Source: a virus
Length of the DNA stretch: 64,000 nucleotides
IMG/VR virus record: IMGVR_UViG_3300045988_023742
Coordinates: 37,448-101,447 of that record
Direction: 5' to 3' (one strand)
Shown: positions 43,027 to 53,600 of the stretch, in pieces
How positions within the stretch are numbered: position 1 is the stretch's first letter
Layout of the letters: every line of letters starts with the position of its first letter
Translations under genes and position numbers: made by a program
The notes under the pieces: model-generated
Databases searched by the model: none
What the model saw: the letters and a program-made list of their open reading frames with translations, nothing else
Told to the model about the DNA's origin: nothing

Positions 43027-43101
43027 ACTATAAAATAGATTGTATAGGTTAATGCGGTAATATCTATACACTCTATGCCTACTGGAGAACTATTTTATAG
43101 T
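43027..43101 (+). ncRNA. candidate 75-nt three-way-junction RNA between tRNA-Thr and tRNA-Met
   Basis: P1 ACTATAAAATAG/CTATTTTATAGT (12 bp), P2 TGTATAG/CTATACA (16-nt loop), P3 CTCTA/TGGAG (7-nt loop). Confidence 0.3.
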
Positions 43102-43117
43102 TTATTGTAGGCTATAT

Positions 43118-43191
43118 ACAGGGATGTTAGCAGTGGTAGCTAGTTAGCCTCATAAGCTAAAGGTCGTGGGTTCGACTCCCACTCCCTGAAG
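43118..43191 (+). tRNA. tRNA-Met/Ile2(CAU)
   Basis: Anticodon arm TTAGC-CTCATAA-GCTAA, T-arm GTGGG-TTCGACT-CCCAC. Position 1:72 is an A:A mismatch. Confidence 0.7.
43174..43190 (+). repeat. 17-bp direct repeat copy 1 (3' end of tRNA-Met)
   Basis: GACTCCCACTCCCTGAA, identical to 43386-43402. Confidence 0.9.
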
Positions 43192-43263
43192 ACTTACATA
43201 GAAAGAACCTCCACGTGGTGTAAGTTGGGTAATGCTAATCTTTCTAGTTTAATTCTCAAAAGA

Positions 43264-43401
43264 ATGAAACATGGGGTACATATATCAAATGGATATGCAA
43301 AAACCCTTAATGGAGGAGTTAGACAGAAAATAAGTAGGTGTGCTAAGGGAAAACTGAAAACTGCTTATAAATTTATTTGGAAGATGACTCCCACTCCCTG
43401 A
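43264..43401 (+). pseudogene. remnant of homing-endonuclease C-terminal DNA-binding module (NUMOD1-like)
   Basis: MKHGVHISNGYAKTLNGGVRQKISRCAKGKLKTAYKFIWKMTPTP resembles the ...ISxCxxGKxKTAxGFxWKY tails of phage HNH/GIY-YIG endonucleases. The frame is open back into the tRNA. Confidence 0.4.
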
Positions 43402-43402
43402 A
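43386..43402 (+). repeat. 17-bp direct repeat copy 2
   Basis: GACTCCCACTCCCTGAA, 212 bp downstream of copy 1. Confidence 0.9.
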
Positions 43403-43415
43403 CTATATAAATAAT

Positions 43416-43553
43416 ATGATGCAAATATTAAATGCACCTAATCTAAGACAGCTTGTAAGACAAGCAAATGATTTAGGTATAACTAAGGAAGAAGTAGTAA
43501 CTATCCAACAATCTCAAGGACAGTTCTACTTAGTATATTATAGTAAAGAATAA
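43416..43553 (+). CDS. small hypothetical protein (45 aa)
   Basis: Hand-translated MMQILNAPNLRQLVRQANDLGITKEEVVTIQQSQGQFYLVYYSKE. Confidence 0.3.
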   Translation: MMQILNAPNLRQLVRQANDLGITKEEVVTIQQSQGQFYLVYYSKE

Positions 43554-43558
43554 CTACT

Positions 43559-43762
43559 ATGGCGGATAATAATGAGTTCAATAATGAACCTGTCTTTTAT
43601 TGCAAGCATTGTCTATCACTAAAAATAAAGTCAGTTCCTGGTATGGAAGAACTAGATTATTGTGATGAATGTGGTGCTACAGATATTGGTAAAACTGATA
43701 TAAACACATGGAGACAGATGTATATAGATAAATTTGGTTTTGATTATTTAGACAAATTTTAA
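43559..43762 (+). CDS. zinc-ribbon protein
   Basis: CKHC...CDEC pairs of cysteines in 67 aa. Confidence 0.45.
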   Translation: MADNNEFNNEPVFYCKHCLSLKIKSVPGMEELDYCDECGATDIGKTDINTWRQMYIDKFGFDYLDKF

Positions 43763-43763
43763 T

Positions 43764-43994
43764 ATGGAAGAGACAAAAATGACAGTAGAGCAGGTTAAAT
43801 CTGCTGCAAATGAACAAATTAGTATTCTGTATCAGAAGTTGCAGGAGGCTAATCTAGCTAACACTTTCAAAAGACTTGACTATCTATTTAAGATAGTTGA
43901 AGGTAATTTTAGTGAGGAATTGAAGGCTAAGGCAAGAGTGGAGATTGACCACATTGTATTTGGTTATCCTCAGGAAGATAAGAAAGAGGAGTAA
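43764..43994 (+). CDS. hypothetical protein
   Basis: 76-aa ORF, tightly packed in the operon. Confidence 0.45.
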   Translation: MEETKMTVEQVKSAANEQISILYQKLQEANLANTFKRLDYLFKIVEGNFSEELKAKARVEIDHIVFGYPQEDKKEE

Positions 43995-43997
43995 ACA

Positions 43998-44384
43998 ATG
44001 GTTGGGAAAGTTAATAATGTTATAGGACTTTCCCAATCACCATTAGGTGATGAGTTCTTTAAGTGCTGGTTTATATTCTTAAGACCTCTACATCATCTTA
44101 CTGATAGGGAGATAGATGTTATAGCATCATTCACTAAGCATAGATATGAACTATCAAAAGTAATTACTGACAGTTCATTACTAGATACAGTACTTATGAG
44201 TGAAGAGACTAAGAGAAAGGTTAGAGAAGACTGTAATATAACACTGGCACACTTTCAAGTTATAATGGGTAAATTGAGGAAGAATAAAGTTATCATAGAT
44301 AATAAGATTAATCCTAAATTAATACCTAATATAAGTGAAGATTCAAAGAGCTTACAACTTCTAGTTATATTTCCTATAAAATGA
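43998..44384 (+). CDS. hypothetical protein
   Basis: 128-aa ORF. Confidence 0.45.
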   Translation: MVGKVNNVIGLSQSPLGDEFFKCWFIFLRPLHHLTDREIDVIASFTKHRYELSKVITDSSLLDTVLMSEETKRKVREDCNITLAHFQVIMGKLRKNKVIIDNKINPKLIPNISEDSKSLQLLVIFPIK

Positions 44385-44653
44385 AAAAGAACATTATCTT
44401 AAGTGTCTCTAAGGATTTAGGAATATCACCTGATGTTGTTGAGAAAGTATATAGAGCTTATTGGTTGTATATTAAAACAACCATAGAAGCCTTACCTCTG
44501 AAAGAAGACCTTACAGAGGAAGAGTTCCTTAAGTTAAGGACTAATTTCAACATTCCTTCACTGGGGAAATTAAGTTGCACTTTGGATAAATACAAAGGAA
44601 CTAAGAGTAGATTTAAATTAATAGAGAAGTTTAGAAATGCTGAAAATAAATAG
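44381..44653 (+). CDS. HU/IHF-like DNA-binding protein (tentative)
   Basis: 90 aa. The pattern ...LGISPDVVEKVYRAY...I...L...FNIPSLGKL is loosely HU-like. Confidence 0.3.
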   Translation: MKKNIILSVSKDLGISPDVVEKVYRAYWLYIKTTIEALPLKEDLTEEEFLKLRTNFNIPSLGKLSCTLDKYKGTKSRFKLIEKFRNAENK

Positions 44654-45059
44654 TATTAAACCACTGTTTAACAAGATAGTAACTACTTGTGATACTTATG
44701 AGTCTGATAAGACAGAGGGTGGTATTATTGTTAAAACAGATGGTACAATTAAGGAGTATCAAAGAGTTGAGGCAATTGGTTCAACTGTAAGAGATATAAA
44801 GGTTGGAGACCTTGTACTTATTAATCCTAAGAGATACATTGTGCCTCAACATAAGGAGAAGAGAGATGAATCTCTGAAGGGTGTTATTGGTGATGAATTA
44901 ACTATGGGTGTAAACTTCCCTATGGTTGAGTATGGTGGTAAGAGACATCTACTTATTTATGACCAAGATATTGATTATATTATTGATGGAGAGGAAGTTA
45001 AAGATGAGCAGCCTAAGTCATCATTGATACTCCCAGAGGACAAGAAGATTATTGTTTAA
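44637..45059 (+). CDS. GroES/gp31-like co-chaperonin
   Basis: IKPLFNKIV, KTEGGIIV, RVEAIGS and IKVGDLVLI parallel GroES I(R)PL.DRV, GGI, G.V.AVG and VKVGD.V. Confidence 0.55.
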   Translation: MLKINSIKPLFNKIVTTCDTYESDKTEGGIIVKTDGTIKEYQRVEAIGSTVRDIKVGDLVLINPKRYIVPQHKEKRDESLKGVIGDELTMGVNFPMVEYGGKRHLLIYDQDIDYIIDGEEVKDEQPKSSLILPEDKKIIV

Positions 45060-45062
45060 CAT

Positions 45063-45093
45063 AAAGCTCATGATTAAATTCATGAGCTTTTTT
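45063..45093 (+). terminator. rho-independent terminator after GroES-like gene
   Basis: AAAGCTCATGA-6 nt-TCATGAGCTTT followed by TTT. Confidence 0.6.
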
Positions 45094-45106
45094 AGTTTAT
45101 AGAAAT

Positions 45107-45658
45107 ATGAAGTTATTTAAATATGAAGGATATAAAGTAGTTATATCTGAAGAAGCTTTTGCTTTAAAAGTATTTAGACAAATATGGAATAGAGACAGAA
45201 GTGTAAATAAGGATAAAGCTATTATGGAGTTGGGTTACATCTATTTTATGGTTGACCCTAGAAGTGACTATCAATATCTAGTAGATGAAGATGAGAGGTC
45301 TAAAGCTATAATAGAAGGAGAAGGATTGCCTAATGGATGGAAGCCTGATAAAGTCATAACTGAGGCTATGGAGTTCTATTCTAGGTTTAAACCAACTGCT
45401 GCATTGCTACTTGAGGATACAAGATATGCTGTGGATAAACTTAGAAAACTGCTAAGAGAAATAGACTTGAATCAACTAGATGATAAGGGAAAACCTATTT
45501 ATACACTTAACTCTGTTACTGCAACTATTAAGCAAGTACCTAGTTTAGCTAAAGACCTAGATGAAGCAGAAAAGGCTCTTGCATCTGAAATGAGAAGTGA
45601 AGGTAAGATGAGAGGTCAAGGTGAGAAGACAATATTTGAAGATAACTTGGATTTATGA
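45107..45658 (+). CDS. hypothetical protein
   Basis: 183-aa ORF. Confidence 0.45.
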   Translation: MKLFKYEGYKVVISEEAFALKVFRQIWNRDRSVNKDKAIMELGYIYFMVDPRSDYQYLVDEDERSKAIIEGEGLPNGWKPDKVITEAMEFYSRFKPTAALLLEDTRYAVDKLRKLLREIDLNQLDDKGKPIYTLNSVTATIKQVPSLAKDLDEAEKALASEMRSEGKMRGQGEKTIFEDNLDL

Positions 45659-45951
45659 TAAGGGTAGAAGATATTGTAGAGGCTATAGGTAAAGACTTAA
45701 ATACTACTTTAGTATTACACAAGAGTATAGAAACTCATCCTAGATTTAAAGTATATAAAATATATTCCTATGGTCTATATGCTATAGAAGATGATAAAAT
45801 TATGTTACTTTCATTCAAAGTAAATAAAAATTCATCTACTGATAACATGGCAGAAGCTTGGGATGATTGTGACAAACAGTTTATCAGTTATATAGTAAGT
45901 TGGTTGTCAAGTGACATATATAAGAAATTGAAGAATGATAGAAGTAAATAA
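45655..45951 (+). CDS. hypothetical protein
   Basis: 98-aa ORF overlapping both neighbours. Confidence 0.45.
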   Translation: MIRVEDIVEAIGKDLNTTLVLHKSIETHPRFKVYKIYSYGLYAIEDDKIMLLSFKVNKNSSTDNMAEAWDDCDKQFISYIVSWLSSDIYKKLKNDRSK

Positions 45952-48187
45952 ATACCAAACACCTCTTACTGATAAACTACTTGATACTTTACCAGATGAA
46001 GTAAGAGACCAACTATTTGACATTATTAATAATGTAGAGTTTGTCAAGAGGTTAATATCTCCTAGTAGAGGTTATGCTAAGGACAGACCAAGAGATGAAA
46101 GTGGAAAGATTATTGTAGATTTAGCTAATCCACATATATTAGAGAACATGGATTACTTTAGACCAACAGCTTTACATTATGAAAAATATGGTACTCTTAC
46201 TAATTTGAGACCTAATGCTAATCCAAATAGTGCTTATGGTAAATGGGTAAGAGAGGAGAAGAGAAGATGTTGGGAAGGTTATGTAAGAGAGAGTGATGGA
46301 GAATGGGTTACAGGTTATATGTATTGGTTCTTAAATTACTCTCCTATTATGTTATCTAAAATAAGAAAAGGTTCTAAAAGAGCAGATAGAATTGAGGCTC
46401 TACCAGAGTGTTGGGAAGGAATTTATTGGAGATTTCATTGTATGGACCAAGCTTCAAATGGTGGTATATACAATAATTTCCAAGGAGGTCAGCACATGGC
46501 TGAACTTGCATCTAGAGGTAAGGGTAAGAGTTATAGTTTAGCATCTATACTTAATCATATCTTTGTATTAGGAGAGAATGAAGAAGCACATGAGAAGGTA
46601 AAAGGTATTGTTACTGCTTATCAGAAAGAATATCTTACAAAGGATGGTGTATTAAATAAGTTTGTAGATATGGCTAATTTCTGTGCATCTAATACTCAAT
46701 TTCCTAGAAAGAGATTGAAAAACTCATTACAAGAAATGACTTGGATAATGGGTTATAAAGATGCAGAACTTGATATTGAGAAGGGTACTCAGAATACAGT
46801 ACTTGGTGTATCATCAAAGGATGATGAATCTAAGTTGAGAGGTAAGAGAGCTGCTAAAATACTTATAGAAGAGTTTGGTACATTTCCTAGATTAACAGAC
46901 CTTTATAATGTGTTGTTACCTTCTGTTCAAGAAGGTGATATTGTATTTGGTCAGATATATATGCTTGGTACTGCTGGTGATAATGAATCAGACTTTGCTG
47001 GTGCTCAGGAAATTATGTATAACCCAAAAGGTTATAATATGTATGCATTACCTAATGTGTTTGATAAATTTAATCAAGGAAGACCATACTTTGTATTTTT
47101 CTTTCCTGGTTATATAAATAGAAAGGGATGTTACAATCATGATGGAGTATCTGATGTAATCAAAGCCTTAATAGAGATTCTATTAAATAGGTATAGAGTA
47201 AAGTATAATTCTACTGACCCTAATACAATCATTAAAACTATTGCTGAAGTCCCTATTACTCCAGCAGAAGCTATTGTAAAGACAGGTGTTAATATGTTCC
47301 CTGTTGCTGACCTTACAGAAAGATTAGGTCAATTAGATAGTAACCCAAGAGAATATGATGATGTATATACTGGAGATTTAACTCTTAATAATAGTGGTAT
47401 AGTAGAATTTAGACCTACAAGTGATATGCCTATTAGAGAGTTTCCTCATAAGGACAATAAGATTGAGGGTGCATTTGAGATATTCCAAATGCCTGAAATA
47501 GATAAAAGAACAGGAAAGGCTTATAATGCTAGATACATACTTGGCTGTGACCCTTATGATGATGATGAATCAAATACTATGTCTCTAGGTTCTGTTTGGG
47601 TACTAGACCTATGGACTGATAAGATTGTAGCTGAGTATACTGGTAGACCCCCCTTTGCTGATGATTTCTTTGAGAAAGTAAGAAGACTATGCTTATTTTA
47701 TAATGGTAGAATGAACTATGAGAATAATAAGAAAGGTCTATTTGCGTATTTCTCTAGAATGAATTGTACCTATCTTTTAACAGACCAATTAGAGTTCTTG
47801 AAGGATAAACAGATGATTAAAGATACTGGTTATGGTAATAAAGCTAAAGGTACTAATGCTACAGAAGCTATAAATGCTTTTGCTAGGAATAGACTTAGAG
47901 CTTGGTTGCTTAAACCAACTACAGTCATACAAGTTGTAGATGGAGAAGAAACTGAAGTTGATATTCCAAATCTATTTACACTTAGAAGTAGAGCATTCAT
48001 TAAAGAGCTAATAAATTATAATAGTGAAGGTAACTTTGATAGAATATCAGCAGCAGGAATGTTGATGCTTCTTAGAGAAGATAGAATAATTCTTTATCAA
48101 GGAAAGGTATCTAAGGAAAAGCAAGAAGCTGCTAATTCTAGCTATTTAGGTAATGACCCATTCTTTAAGAGGAACTATAAACAGTAA
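45935..48187 (+). CDS. terL: terminase large subunit
   Basis: Walker A ASRGKGKS, Walker B AKILIEEFG, nuclease-region LGCDPYDDD. At 750 aa it lies directly upstream of the portal-sized gene. Confidence 0.75.
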   Translation: MIEVNKYQTPLTDKLLDTLPDEVRDQLFDIINNVEFVKRLISPSRGYAKDRPRDESGKIIVDLANPHILENMDYFRPTALHYEKYGTLTNLRPNANPNSAYGKWVREEKRRCWEGYVRESDGEWVTGYMYWFLNYSPIMLSKIRKGSKRADRIEALPECWEGIYWRFHCMDQASNGGIYNNFQGGQHMAELASRGKGKSYSLASILNHIFVLGENEEAHEKVKGIVTAYQKEYLTKDGVLNKFVDMANFCASNTQFPRKRLKNSLQEMTWIMGYKDAELDIEKGTQNTVLGVSSKDDESKLRGKRAAKILIEEFGTFPRLTDLYNVLLPSVQEGDIVFGQIYMLGTAGDNESDFAGAQEIMYNPKGYNMYALPNVFDKFNQGRPYFVFFFPGYINRKGCYNHDGVSDVIKALIEILLNRYRVKYNSTDPNTIIKTIAEVPITPAEAIVKTGVNMFPVADLTERLGQLDSNPREYDDVYTGDLTLNNSGIVEFRPTSDMPIREFPHKDNKIEGAFEIFQMPEIDKRTGKAYNARYILGCDPYDDDESNTMSLGSVWVLDLWTDKIVAEYTGRPPFADDFFEKVRRLCLFYNGRMNYENNKKGLFAYFSRMNCTYLLTDQLEFLKDKQMIKDTGYGNKAKGTNATEAINAFARNRLRAWLLKPTTVIQVVDGEETEVDIPNLFTLRSRAFIKELINYNSEGNFDRISAAGMLMLLREDRIILYQGKVSKEKQEAANSSYLGNDPFFKRNYKQ

Positions 48188-48208
48188 ATTTAGTAAAAAA
48201 TAGTAAAT

Positions 48209-48243
48209 AATTCACTTAGATTCTTGTCTAAGTGAATTTTTTT
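48209..48243 (+). terminator. rho-independent terminator after terL
   Basis: AATTCACTTAGA-TTCTTG-TCTAAGTGAATT followed by TTTTT. Confidence 0.7.
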
Positions 48244-48254
48244 ATGTACCTTTG
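48223..48254 (+). promoter_or_regulatory. Bacteroidota-type promoter for portal gene
   Basis: TACCTTTG 48247-48254, with CTTG 20 nt upstream. Confidence 0.5.
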
Positions 48255-48277
48255 CAGAGTTAAATTATTAAAGAGCT

Positions 48278-50689
48278 ATGAGTGAATTTTTGCAGTTTCC
48301 ACCTCAGCAGCTTCCTATGAGTAAGAAGACAAAGAAATGGAGAAAGCAGATTCTTGATTGGGGTTCTAATAGAGCTACAATTACTAGTTCATTAGTTAGG
48401 AAAAGTGTAATACACAAAAGGATTAATTATGACTTGTTGAATGGTATAGTACATCTTAATGATATGATGACTATTATCAATCCAGATAATATACAGGCAC
48501 AATTCATTCCTAGTAAGATTCAACATTATCCTATTATGAACTCTAAACTCAATGTTCTGAGAGGTGAGGAGTCTAAAAGAGTCTTTGACTTTAGGGTTGT
48601 TATTACTAATCCTAACTCTATCTCAGAGATTGAGAATAACAAGAAGCAAGCTTTACTTCAAGACTTACAACAAGCAGTTGCTGATACTTCTCAGTCAGAG
48701 GAGGAATTTAATGCTAGGCTAGAAAAGTTAAATGATTATTATACATTTGAGTGGCAAGATATGAGAGAGATAAGAGCTAATGCTCTACTTAATCATTATT
48801 CTAAAGAATATAATATGCCACTTATGTTCAATAAGGGGTTCATGGATGCTATGACAGTTGCAGAAGAGATATATCAATGTGACATTGTAGGAGGTGAACC
48901 TGTTATTGAAAGACTTAATCCAAACAAGGTTAGAGTCTATAAGTCAGGATATTCTAATAGAATAGAAGATGCTGATGTTATTGTTATAGAAGACTATTGG
49001 AGTCCAGGTAAGATAATTGATACATACTATGATGTTCTTAGTAAGAAGGATATGGAGTATATTGAAAAATTACCTAATAAAATGGACCAAGGTTCAATAG
49101 ATTCTATGGATAATGTAGACCCAAGACATGAGTTCATTAGAGTTAATGATGGAGTTGCAGGAGATGCTATTTATAAGGATGGTTTCTTCTGGAGTCCAAA
49201 TGGAAATGCTAGTGGTGAAAGTGATTCTATGTTACCTTATGATATAGAAGGAAACATTAGAGTTGTTAGAATGTTTTGGAAGTCTAGAAGGAGAATTAAG
49301 AAGATTAAATACTATGATGAACATGGTGAAGAGCAATTTAAGTTTAGGGATGAAAACTATGTAGCTAATACTGATTTAGGTGAAGAAGAGCAAATACTTT
49401 ATATTAATGAAGCTTGGGAAGGTACTAGAATAGGTGAGGACATCTATGTTAATATGAGACCAAGAGTAGTTCAATATAATAGATTAAGTAATCCTTCAAG
49501 ATGTCACTTTGGTATTATAGGTTCTATTTATAATCTTAATGATGATAAACCATTTTCATTAGTAGATATGATGAAGCCATTTAGTTATCTTTATGATGCT
49601 ATCCATGACAGACTCAATAAACTATTAGCCAAGAATTGGGGTAAGATAGTTACTCTAGACCTAGCTAAAGTTCCTGCTGGATGGGATGTAGAGAAATGGC
49701 TTTATTTTGCAAAGACAAATAACATTGCAGTAGTAGATAGTTTCAAAGAAGGTAACATTGGTGCAGCTACTGGTAAATTAGCTGGTGCTATGAATAATGC
49801 TTCTAGTGGAGTTATTGATGCTGAGCTTGGTAACTCTATACAACAGAACATTAATCTACTTGAATTTATCAAGATGGAAATGTCTGATGTAGCAGGCATT
49901 TCTAAGCAAAGAGAAGGTCAGATTTCAAATAGAGAAACTGTAGGTGGTGTAGAAAGAGCTACATTGCAATCTTCACATATTACTGAATGGCTATTTATAA
50001 TCCATGAGGATGTTAAGAAAAGAGTTTTGGAGTGCTTTCTTGAGACAGCTAAGATAGCTCTTAGAAGTAGAAGTAAGAAGTTCCAATATATTCTTTCTGA
50101 TGGCTCTATGAAGGTTATGGACATTGATGGTGATGAATTTGCTGAGGCTGATTATGGTCTTGTAGTTGATAACAGTAATGCTATACAAGAGTTACAACAA
50201 AAAATGGATATGTTGGCTCAGGCAGCTCTACAAAATCAAACATTAAACTTCTCTACTATCATGAAACTATATAATAGTTGTTCTATGGCTGAGAAACAAA
50301 GAATGGTTGAGAGAAATGAACAGGAGCTAATACAGAGACAACAAGAAGCACAGCAGCAGCAACTTCAACAGCAGCAACAACAAGCTGAAATGGAAGCTCA
50401 AGCTAAGGAACAAGAGATGCAATTGAAAGATATGATGAATCAAAGAGATAATGAAACTAAGATTCTAGTAGCTACAATATCTGCTAACTCAAATCAGGAG
50501 AGTGATGATGGTATTCAAGAGCAACCATTCTCAGAAGAAGCTAGAGCTAATCTTATGGAAAAGATGAGAGAGTTTGATGCTAAGTTAAAGCTTGATAGAG
50601 AGAAACTCAACTTAGATAGAGAGAGGGCTAAAACTGATGCTGAATTAAAAAGAAAGGCACTTAATAAGAAACCTCAAACTAGTAAATAA
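48278..50689 (+). CDS. portal protein (putative)
   Basis: 803 aa, immediately after terL, with its own promoter. Gln/Glu-rich coiled C-terminus. Confidence 0.55.
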   Translation: MSEFLQFPPQQLPMSKKTKKWRKQILDWGSNRATITSSLVRKSVIHKRINYDLLNGIVHLNDMMTIINPDNIQAQFIPSKIQHYPIMNSKLNVLRGEESKRVFDFRVVITNPNSISEIENNKKQALLQDLQQAVADTSQSEEEFNARLEKLNDYYTFEWQDMREIRANALLNHYSKEYNMPLMFNKGFMDAMTVAEEIYQCDIVGGEPVIERLNPNKVRVYKSGYSNRIEDADVIVIEDYWSPGKIIDTYYDVLSKKDMEYIEKLPNKMDQGSIDSMDNVDPRHEFIRVNDGVAGDAIYKDGFFWSPNGNASGESDSMLPYDIEGNIRVVRMFWKSRRRIKKIKYYDEHGEEQFKFRDENYVANTDLGEEEQILYINEAWEGTRIGEDIYVNMRPRVVQYNRLSNPSRCHFGIIGSIYNLNDDKPFSLVDMMKPFSYLYDAIHDRLNKLLAKNWGKIVTLDLAKVPAGWDVEKWLYFAKTNNIAVVDSFKEGNIGAATGKLAGAMNNASSGVIDAELGNSIQQNINLLEFIKMEMSDVAGISKQREGQISNRETVGGVERATLQSSHITEWLFIIHEDVKKRVLECFLETAKIALRSRSKKFQYILSDGSMKVMDIDGDEFAEADYGLVVDNSNAIQELQQKMDMLAQAALQNQTLNFSTIMKLYNSCSMAEKQRMVERNEQELIQRQQEAQQQQLQQQQQQAEMEAQAKEQEMQLKDMMNQRDNETKILVATISANSNQESDDGIQEQPFSEEARANLMEKMREFDAKLKLDREKLNLDRERAKTDAELKRKALNKKPQTSK

Positions 50690-50691
50690 AT

Positions 50692-53600
50692 ATGGCATTA
50701 TTTATAACAAATGAAGACCTAGAAAGGATAAAGCAGTACCTTATTGAAAATGGTATTAAGGATTCACAGTTTGAGGAACAATCTCAAATTAGAGGTGATG
50801 ATTGGATAACATTAGTAGGTACTGAGGGTAACAAGAAACTCAAGATGAAAACATTGCTCAACCTTATTATTAAGGAAGGTCAACATGACTTTAATAAGAG
50901 TGGTGTTATGGTAGTTGATACCTTAATAGAGCTTGAAAATTTTGATGCTAAGATATATGGTAACCTTGTTTATGTAAGAGAAACTGATAGCTACTATAGC
51001 TATAGTAAAACAGGACAATGGGAACAAATACTTAAAGTCTATGTAGGACATGAAGAGCCAAAAGACCCAAATGTTCTATGGATAGACTTAGAGGATGATA
51101 CTACATTATCTGCATCTGCCGATAATGAAGTTTTAGAACTTCAGAAACAAGTGCAGGAACTTACTTTGAAAGTAAAGGATATTAGTAGATTAGTAACTAC
51201 TGGTATTGTTCCAGGTGATGTAAAGCACAGCTATAGAAGAGCTATAATGTCTACAGCAGAACCCATTAAACCTGATGATGCAGAGGGTGGTGAAGAAGAG
51301 GATGATAGTGAATGGAAACCTGATACTGAAGTATCAGAACCTACTGTATTTCATAATGCTGCAAAGCAAGATACTTCAATAAATTTTGCTCAAAATAAGC
51401 AAGACTTAGTAGATGGTGAAATGCTCTTCTATACAGATAAGAAGAAGTTTGTAATCTACTATGGAGGTAAATTCTATGCTGCTTCTTCTGGAGGTAATAC
51501 AGGAGGTGGCAGTGGAGTTACAGCAGAAGAATTACAGGACTTAGCTTTAGACCACATGACTTTTGCTTGTGGAACTAAGCAATTTAGAGCTAGATGTAAT
51601 TCTGATGGTATTTGGACAGTAACAGAATATAATGCTGAAGAAACAGCTCCAGGTAGTCCATTAGCATCTTGGGGAGTTTATATAGAACATCTGTTATGTA
51701 TAAACTCTGTATTCTGTGGAGGAGAAGGTTCTGAAGAAGCTTTAGTATCACATAACTTTGTAGAATTAGCTAATGGTTCTAAGGAGGATATTAATCTTAA
51801 AGGACTATATCTATTGTATACAGATGGTTCAAGAGAGAATGCTTCAGACATTGGTTATATTTGGAAAGTGCTACCACTTGAAGGTGTGATAAAAGCTGGC
51901 TCTACATTCTTAATTAGAGGAAATCAGTGTAACACATTAAAGTCTAGTATGATAAAAGTAGATAGCTCTGATATGGAATGGGATATATCATTCAATCAAG
52001 GTAATTCTAGCTTCTACTTATGTGCTGGAATAGGATTTCAAGAATTACTTGATAATAATACCTTAGGTAACCCTTGGGTTAAGAACCAAGTAAAAGTAGG
52101 TTATATTGATTCTTGTGGCTTTGGAGAAGGTTCTGTTGGTGAAGGTTCTAAGCAATTCCTTGTAGATAGTGACTGGAATAAGGTGTTGTTTGTAAGATGG
52201 TTTATGCTTGAACCTGCTAAACAAGGTAATAAAGCCTATGCAGCAAGACAGACTACAGCTCTGTGGACATATATAGACTTGGAGAGGCAGTCTACTAGAG
52301 AAGGTAATAGTGTTCAGTACTACTATCCAGATTATATGAAAGAGAGATTTGCACCTATGGCTTCAACAAAAGGTAAGACCTTCTTCACTAATAAGACTAC
52401 ATTTAATCCAAGACAAGCTAATTATCTTAATACTACCTTTGGTATTCAAGCTACAGATAATGGAAATGGTGCTACTAGATGTTTTAACTGGGTATCTGTT
52501 GGTTACTATGATGAATATGTTGAAATAAGAAAGAAAGGAATTTCTGATTGGACTAGACATTATTCTATAACAGAAAAGAATAGCAGCAATACTGCTACTA
52601 TCAATAAGTTTATCGAGCATTATAAGAGGTTAAGATGGATAGCATCTGATGGAACTATAGTCACTACTCATAAATGTATTGTAAGTGGTCTTACAAAAGG
52701 AGACTATGAGTACAGAGTTGGTAGAGATGATGACCCATATTATGTAAATGAACCATTGGAGTTTAAGGTATTAGCTAATAGTGATGTTACAAGTTTTACT
52801 TATGCTCAAGTAACAGACCAACAAGGGTTCAATTGGGCAGAATATCAAGCTTGGAAAAAGTCAGCTATGATGCTTTCAAGAGAAGAGCCAGATATTCAAT
52901 TCACTGTTAATACAGGTGATATAACTCAAAGTGGTAATAGAGTAAGTGAGTGGTTAGATTATTATGATGGAAGGAAATCACTCAACAATCTAGTTGAAAT
53001 GTTCTCTATTGGTAATAATGACTTGTGTGGTCACAATGCAACAGAGCTTACTGATGGAGAGGATGCAACTTCTAAGTATAATCATATCAATGTTCTTAGA
53101 TACTTTACATTTGAGCTGGACCCAGATAATACTTATGAAGTAGAGTGGAATGGAGTTAAGTATCCTATATACTCTTTATATTCATTTAATTATGGTGATT
53201 TCCACTTTGTATCTTTAAATTCAGAGATAGCAATAGCATCCAGTAAAATGTACAAGGACTGGAGTAGTGATACTTATGCAGGTGATAGAACATTTGCTGA
53301 GGCAGCTAATGCACAGATAGAGGCTTGGTTTATTAAAGACCTTCAAAAGTGGTCTGGTAAAGACACTCCAACTGACTGTGCTAAGTGTATAGTTTATATG
53401 CATGAAATGCCTTTTACCATTGTTACTTATGACTTTATGCAAGGTTCTGGCTCAAGAGCAGGTTCTCACTTAAATACTCTTAATGCTAATGGTAACTATA
53501 GATTCTCTAGACTATTCAAGAAGTTTGGTATAAGGCTTGTAATGGGTGGACATAAGCATACTTATTGTCTAAGTAAACCTATATATGATGCTCCTTCAAA

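Noticed and set aside
43174-43402. The direct repeat of the tRNA 3' end could be a prophage attL/attR pair.
   Set aside because: The repeats are only 212 bp apart. No integrase or recombinase gene is present in the window. The enclosed sequence looks like an endonuclease remnant rather than an integrated element.
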